A stretch of 64,000 nucleotides of DNA from the NCBI RefSeq assembly GCF_009914755.1, contig NC_060928.1. One strand, 5' to 3'. Every line of letters starts with the position of its first letter. Positions within the stretch are counted from its first letter, which is position 1. The notes under the pieces were generated by a model. It had not been told where the DNA came from and made no database searches. It was given only the letters and a program-made list of their open reading frames with translations. Below are positions 57,225 to 64,000 of the stretch, in pieces. The position numbers and the translations under genes were made by a program. This stretch comes from the human T2T-CHM13v2.0 reference genome, Homo sapiens.

Positions 57225-58135
57225 TTGTCAGTACTCTTGACCCCAAACATTTCCATGCATTGTAATGGTTTCTTGTTTCATGCTTCTACCATTTTCTGCC
57301 TGAGTACTTTCTCTGGTTTCAGACACATTTGGTTAGCACCCTACAGGAAGGTGCCGAAGGTGTCAGGCAGCTAATATCCCTGTAATCCACCCTCAATATA
57401 TCATAAATGGGTGTCGATTGATAATTTTCCAGCCTTCTTGCCACTGGGCTTGGAAAACTCTGAGGAGTATTTTTCGCTCACTATCTACCAGAGATCACCG
57501 ATAACATTGAGCCCTAGCAGTCCATAACCTGCTTTTCAATGTGCCCTTCTGTGTCTGCTTCTGTATTTCTTTCCTACTGCTGCTGTAACAAATTGTACAG
57601 TGGCTTAAAACAATACAAAGTTACTATCTTACATTTCTGCAGGTCCGAAGTCCAAAGCAGGGTTCACCAGGCCAAAAGCAGGTGTTAGCAGAGCCATACT
57701 TCCTCTGGAGGCTATAGAGGAGAACCTATTTCTTGCCTTTTCAGCTTCTAGTGCCTGCTTCCTTTATCTCCCAAGAGCATTATTTCAATCTCTGCTTCTG
57801 GAGTCATGTGGCTTTCTCCTCTTCTGTAATCAAACCTCCACCTACTTCCCTCTTAGAAGGACACTTGTAACAATATTTAGGGTTGAGCCTAATAATCCAG
57901 GATACTCTCTTCACCTCAAGATCCCTAACTTGATCACATCTGTAAAGACATATTTACCAGATGAGATAACATTCACAGGTTCTGAGGATTAGAACGGGCT
58001 ATCTTTGGGAGCAATTATTCAGCCTGTGACAGCTTTCTTCCCTCATCTGACTCACTTCATTTGCTTTCCTACCATGCTTCCTGGAATCAGCTCTCAAACA
58101 AACTACTTGCATTTAAATTCTAATCTTACAGTCTG
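57225..58135 (+). mobile_element. LTR16-like LTR split by an MLT1
   Basis: End 'ctctcaaacaaactacttgcatttaaattc..acagtctgc'. Confidence 0.6.
57563..58030 (-). mobile_element. MLT1B/C-like MaLR LTR
   Basis: 'gctgctgtaacaaatt..tggcttaaaacaa...cattcacaggttctgaggattag..attattcagcct'. Confidence 0.8.
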
Positions 58136-58149
58136 CATGTGACATTAGG

Positions 58150-58830
58150 ATAGCTGCAATTACTTACCGGTGACTCCTGTTAACAAAGCCTCTCTCCCTT
58201 GATTCTAGCAATAAAACATCCTGTAAATAATAATAATATTCCTGTAAATAATATTGTATTGCCTTTATTTGCAACTTTCTGACAGTATGTTTAAAATTTC
58301 ACATAACCAATGTTGATAGTTTAGGTACCAATGAATTTCCAAATCTTAAGGACCACAATAACATACAGGAATTGTCCCCTACTGTCTTCCTCAGCAAGCA
58401 AGTTTCTCCCCCAAATATCTTGGACTGGTTTCATTTCCACAACTGCACCAAGTCTTTTCTTCCTGCTTTAGGTGTTTTGTTCCTTCCATCCCAAAGTTAA
58501 ATTCTTCCATTCATTGCTTAGTTAAGCCCTACTCATTCCTCAGGTCTTACTGTAAACATGCCCCAGAATGATCTTTGACACCCCATCAAAATTAAGTCTC
58601 CCATTTATAGTAGAGCCCCTAACATCTTATAATTTCCGCCTTTTTTTATCTCTTGTCACCATTTGCAATTATATGTGAATCTGATTAGTCCTGAGCATCT
58701 GCTACCCTAGTAGCCTCTAATTTCACAAATCAAAGGTCATATCTGATAAGTTCATAAACACAGTGCCTATTAGTAGGTCTGCCACATGGGAAGTAATCAG
58801 TGCATATTTTGTGAATAAATGAATAAAGGA
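58150..58830 (+). mobile_element. L2 3' end
   Basis: Ends 'cagtgcct..gtaggt..atattttgtgaataaatgaataaa'. Confidence 0.6.
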
Positions 58831-59858
58831 AACTCTAAAAGCCACCTTAGTCTTGCAATGCATTGTCTGGGCTGGATATCTCATATAAAAGGAGTGAGTA
58901 TGCTTTTTATTTTATTTTATCTGATCTGTTTTTGTCAGGAGTGTAGTACAGAATATCCTTTTAAATGCAATGAATAAAATATTTAAATTCCATAAATAAT
59001 CTTTTCTTTTCAATTTTATTCTGAAGGCTATAAATATTTAGTGTTTTGTTCACTTTTATATTTTATAGCATAAGCTAATTTCTCTTCTCTGCAAAACAGA
59101 TAAGCAGTATTACAATCTATGTAAATAGGTAGCATTAGCATTTGTGGTTCCTAATCTTAGCTAAGCACTGGCATTCATTAAGACCATTTATCTTTTTTTT
59201 ACTTTTCTCCAATTTTCTTCTTTTTCTTTGTGCTTATTTCTCAAAGCTAATCTTCTTTGGACTGTTTTTCTTTTCTAGGCAGAAGCAAGAAAAACAGTAA
59301 CTATCATTATCAATTTAAACATTGCACAATGAAGATGAAAGTAGTTCTTTTTTTTTAATGGTTTCCTTCTGTTTCTTTCTTCTATGATTTACAACAGTTT
59401 TCATACATCTATGTTTTCATAATTTCCTCTTCCTATCTACAACTTCCCTACTATGTTTTCATGCCATTCTAAGGACTCACTCAATCATCACCAAAAATTT
59501 TTCAACCAAATTGGAAACTCAATTTATTTAAAGCTCATTCATTTAACAAATTCATTCAACAAATATTCATTCATTCATTCACTCATCCACTCAACAAATA
59601 TTCACTAAGTACATATTCTAAGCCACTCTTAGAAGCTAAGGATTCAGCAGAGGACAGAATAAAGTGCCTGCTTTTATAAAGTTTAGAATTTCTGGCACAA
59701 GCTAAGAAAATGATGGTATAAATAACCATATCAACATAGGATACAAGGGCTCTAGGAAAAAAATAAAATCAGTTAAGTGGAATAGGAATTGTCTTGGGGC
59801 ATTTGTATGAGGATGATTCCTATTGTGAACAAAGCAAAAACTTTAATGAAAAGGTGAC

Positions 59859-60267
59859 TTTTATTCAGGGTTCAGCAGAGAAACAGAATAATAGGATGGA
59901 GTGAGAGAGAAAGAGAGGTTTGTTTTAAGAAACTGGCTCACACAGATGTGCTGGTAAGTCTGAAATATGAAGAGCTGGCCAGCAGGCTGGAAATTCCAGC
60001 AGGTGTTAATGTTGCAGTCTTGAGTCCCAAAGCAGTCAGAAGGCAGAGTTCCTTCTTCCTCAGGGGACATCAGTCTCTTAAGACTCTCAACTAAATGGAC
60101 AAAGTCCATCCACATTATAGAGAGTAACCTGCCTTACTCAAAACCTACTGATTTAAATGTTAATTACATCTTTAAAACTACCTTCACAGCAACATCTAGG
60201 CTGGTATTTGACCTAACAACTGAGCATCACAGCCTAGCCAAGTTGACACACAAAATTAACTATCACA
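59859..60267 (-). mobile_element. MLT2 (HERVL-type) solo LTR
   Basis: 'cagggttc..cagagaaacagaa...ccaagttgacacacaaaattaactatcaca' with 5-bp TSD GTGAC (59854-58, 60268-72). Confidence 0.85.
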
Positions 60268-61144
60268 GTGACATTTCAGAAAAACTTGGAAATTTGAGAA
60301 AGAATAAGCCACGTGCCTGTTGGAGGGAGGGGAGGAAAAGTTTTTAGGCAGGGGACACAGCAGTGCAAAGCTGAAGTAGAGTGTTTATGAGCAGGGAGGA
60401 AACCAGTGGAGATGAAGCAAAAGGTGTGTGTGTGTGTGGACTGAGGGGAGCGTTACTGGGCTCTGATGTCTCAGAGGTAGTGAGGGGTCATACTACAAAG
60501 GCTTTGGCAAGAATAAAAACAACTTTGGATTTTACTGGGTTATAATCAGATGGGTAACATGACTTGGCTTTTTTTAAGGATTGTTCTGAATGCTAGGTTA
60601 AAGATAGACTACAGAGGCACAAGGGTAGAAGAGAGAGACAAATCAAGCAGCAATAAATGAGGGAGGAGATGAGTGGTTTTGACAGAGATGCTGAGAAATA
60701 TCAGATCCTGAATATACATATAGGCCTCATTGTGCTCTTCTTTTCATTTCCTATATTCAAAGCACAGCATTGATTGCATATTTAGGTAACAAAAAGTTCC
60801 ATTTACTGAAATTAATTAAACCACTGAGTTTTAGACACAGAGAATTTAGATAACAAGGGTTACCTGCATTGTGAGGGTTGGACCTAACAGAATCTTCTAA
60901 TGGATCATATGTAGGTAGAAGTGGGGAGACTAGAGTAACTCCAGCTGCATAAAAAACTGGAAAGATGAAGTTGAATTTACTCAAATGCAAATAATTGCAG
61001 ACAAACAAGTTAAGTTTAAGATGTTTACTAGACATGTGAATGGAAAATAAGTGGGCATATAGACAAATCTGGCGTTCATGGGAAAGGTTTAAGCTATAGA
61101 TACAAAATTAAAAATTGTCAGTATATAAGGCAAGTGGTCATTTT

Positions 61145-61752
61145 GAAGGATATCAGATTCGCTACCAAAATGTTTCCCCAGATTTTCCTTCCTATATGGT
61201 TCTATGGTAGGGTGGGCCAGACAAGACATTTGTGTAAGATTTGGAAAGCAGAAGTTTGCCAGAAGGCACAAAGTTCTGAAGTTTGGAGCACCAGGCATTG
61301 CTGTAAACATGCTGTTGTTGTCACTGATCGGCTTGTGCACCTTAATGGCATGTGGCAGTACACAGGCTACAATTCCTCTAGCTCCCACCAAATTTCTTTC
61401 TTCATCTCCTCCAAGGTCTGGACCCACCTAGGTGCAGTTCCCTGAGGAAGGGTACTAGCTTCTTCCACTTTGTCCAAGTTGGAGGCAGGTTCCAGTTTCT
61501 CCTTATGAAATCCAGTTTCTGCTCATTTATTGGATCTGGGTTGTTCCCACTCTCCCAAGCTTCACATCCAGATTTTCTTCCAACCGCCAGCCATTGAGGA
61601 TTTCCAATAACCTTAAGCTCATACCATATGCAGAGCCAACAGCCCTCCACAGACTTCACCAGCAACCAGAGCAGTTATAACACCTGTAATGAATCTCTTA
61701 TTCCATATCATTCATGGGGGTTTTGCTTCCCTGATCAAACTCTAACTGATGT
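61145..61752 (+). mobile_element. LTR33-like ERVL LTR
   Basis: End 'tcttattccata..ttttgcttccctgatcaaactctaactgat'. Confidence 0.55.
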
Positions 61753-62016
61753 AAATGGCACTTAAAGCTGTAAAACTAGAGAAAATTACTGAAGGATTAT
61801 AACATAACTATGGAAAATAATATGTAAGGATTGGGCCTTGGCTCAGTCCTATCTTTAAAGGTCAAATTTATGAGAAAAAAAGAAGCAAGCAAGACTGAGA
61901 AGTAGCAACCAATATGTTATAAAAAAGAAAAGCAGAAAGTTTTAGAAAAGAGTGTGACCAATTACACCATATATTATTGATATGTTAGGAAAGATAAGCA
62001 ATGAGAGTTGGCCATT

Positions 62017-62490
62017 GTACCAGATGGAGTTAAATAAGCAAAGAAGATTCACAATGGGAAAGAAAGATTGAACTCAACTCCACTGAGACAAAGGTGAGAG
62101 GGATTTTAGAAGGAATGGTGAGCTAATAGAAAAGTCCTAGAGGACACTAGGAGAGGTTGGTCAATAAGATTAGGCCATTTGTGTTTGCTAATTTGGTGCT
62201 TATCCAAGTTAGACTCCTACACTCCCACAGACCAGGATATAGGGGTGCTAACTTTCTTGATGATTATATCTCAAAGGGACAGCTCTCAGGTCCTTGAGAA
62301 AGACAGTCCTGAGTTGTAAAACTGACAAGAGTCTGAGAGATTTGTATCAAAGGGACAAAGATAGAACTTACAATTGCAAGTGTTCTGAAGTAAATGATCT
62401 AAGAAAAGGGAGGTCAGAGGCCTGTAGTCAAGAAGAAATCTGTCTAAAGTTTAGTCAAGCTGCAGGGAATGTTAAAGCCTGTCTTGGCCA
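62017..62490 (-). mobile_element. MER31/MER67-like ERV1 LTR
   Basis: 'gattgaactcaactccactgagacaaagg...ctctcaggtccttgagaaagac..gtttagtcaagctg'. Confidence 0.6.
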
Positions 62491-63321
62491 GTTTATCAAT
62501 GGAGAAATCATTAGTGATCTTGGAAAGAGCAGTTTTGGAGCTCAAGGCAAGGGACTGAAGTGAGTAGGTTCAAGAGAAAAGGAAAGAAGAGGAAAAAGAG
62601 ACAGAATATAGACAGCTCTTAAGGAATTTTGCTGTAAAGGAAGTAGAGAGATGACCTGATAGCAGGAGGCAGAAGTGGCAACCAAGAGAAGGTGTTTTCG
62701 ATGAGAGAAATAACTGCATGTTTATATGCAAATAAAACTGATCCAGGTGAGAGTGAAATATTAATCATGCTTACAAAAAAGAGGAGAAATGCTGGAAGAT
62801 GTTCTTGAGTAGTCAAGAGAAATAAGTTCTAATGTACAATTTAAAGGGTTGGCCTTAGATAGCAGCACTAACTGCTAATTATATTAACAGGAGGAAGGGT
62901 ACAGTCTTTTAGATTCGGGGCAAGAAGGAGGGAAGATGTATTGGTGGTAACGTGTGAAGGTCTCTTCTGTTTGCTACAAGAGAAAGTATGATTTTCAGCT
63001 AAGCATGAAAATGGAGGATAAACTGATAAAAGATTAAGATGTGAGGAGAAGATATGATACTGTTAGCTGCCCAAGAACAATAAAAACATGAATGGACTGG
63101 AAAACATGAATTGCCGAGGCCACACTAAGGGTTAACTAAAAATTAGTGCCCATAAATTTAAACTGAGACCAGTCAGCATAATTATATGCTTTCTCCAAAT
63201 TAAGTTTTACTGTTACAGGTGCAATCGAACAGTTTGTGAAGAATTAGGTTTGACCAGGATGGGACGTTTGCCATGTGAGCATGTTAAATGTAGAAACTTT
63301 GAAGATTATATGTTCATTACT

Positions 63322-63508
63322 ACAGTTGTCCCTCAGTATCCACAGGGGATTGGTTTCAGGACCCCCAACGATACGAAAATCCATGGATGCTCAAGTCCTT
63401 TATATAAAATAGCGTAGTATTCACATGTAACCTATGCATAGCCTCCTATATACTTTAATTATTTTTAAATTACTTATAATACCTAATACAATGTAAATGC
63501 TATATAAA
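63322..63508. mobile_element. MER2 DNA transposon, 5' part
   Basis: 'cagttgtccctcagtatccacaggggattggtttcaggaccccc..aaaatccatggatgctcaagtc'. Confidence 0.8.
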
Positions 63509-63509
63509 C

Positions 63510-64000
63510 ATAGTCATGAGTAGCAATAACAACTCTCTCAATGGCAGATCACATATATGAAAATGGTCCATACGATTAAAATGGAGCTGAAAAATTCCTA
63601 TTGCCTAGTGACTTCATGACACTCATAACATCATAGCACAATGCATTACTTATGTGTTTGCGGTGATGCTGGTATAAACAAACCTACAGTCTCCCAGTGA
63701 TATAAAAATATAACAATATAATTGTTTACAGTACATAGTACTTGATAATGATCATAATCAACTGTGTTACTGTTTAATGTATTTACCATATTATACTTTT
63801 AATTGCTATTTTAAAGTGTATTTCTTCTTTATAAAGAAAGAAGTTAACTGCAAAACAGCCTCAGGCAGGTCCTTCAGGAGATATTCCAGAAGAAGACATC
63901 ATTATCATAGGAGATGACAGCTCCACGCACGTAAGTGCCCCTGAAGACCTTATAGTAGGGCAATACGGAGGTGAAAGACAGTGATATTGATATCCTGCCC
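63510..64000. mobile_element. Tigger3/Golem-like element nested in MER2 (runs off the window)
   Basis: 'atggagctgaaaaattcctattgcctagtgac..aaaacagcctcaggcaggtccttcaggagatattccagaagaag'. Confidence 0.8.

Larger units (their letters stand above)
59535..63300 (-). mobile_element. Long antisense L2 remnant with nested LTRs
   Basis: 3' end (CATT)n plus 'caacaaatatt' at 59535-59605; purine-rich L2 motifs continue between the insertions. Confidence 0.6.

Overview
AT-rich primate genomic DNA, almost certainly human because it carries L1HS-Ta diagnostic bases. It looks like a gene-poor intergenic or large-intron region. No host protein-coding gene, tRNA/rRNA gene or CRISPR array could be supported. 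Most of the window is transposon-derived: the 3' end of a young L1HS Ta-0 with an uninterrupted ORF2 C-terminus, a full-length decayed Tigger1, a near full-length L1MA, a full-length HSMAR2 mariner interrupted by two Alus and an L1, two twin-primed L1s, many Alus, MaLR/ERVL LTRs, ERVL internal remnants, L2, MIR, L3, MER2/MER3 and Tigger3. The structure not explained by transposons is a cluster of short (12-320 bp), non-tandem, direct-orientation copies of nearby sequence pasted 1-3 kb from their donors within 36-54 kb. Two of these are multi-donor patchworks and one is a copy of a copy. There are also inverted snap-back insertions at a deleted G-rich L1 3'UTR tract. These resemble fossil scars of templated double-strand-break repair (TMEJ/MMBIR/SDSA). 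Several splice-site-defined candidate non-coding exons or microexons and a paired-octamer element are low-confidence. Repeat subfamily calls come from recalled consensus motifs, and boundaries and divergence figures are approximate by-eye values.
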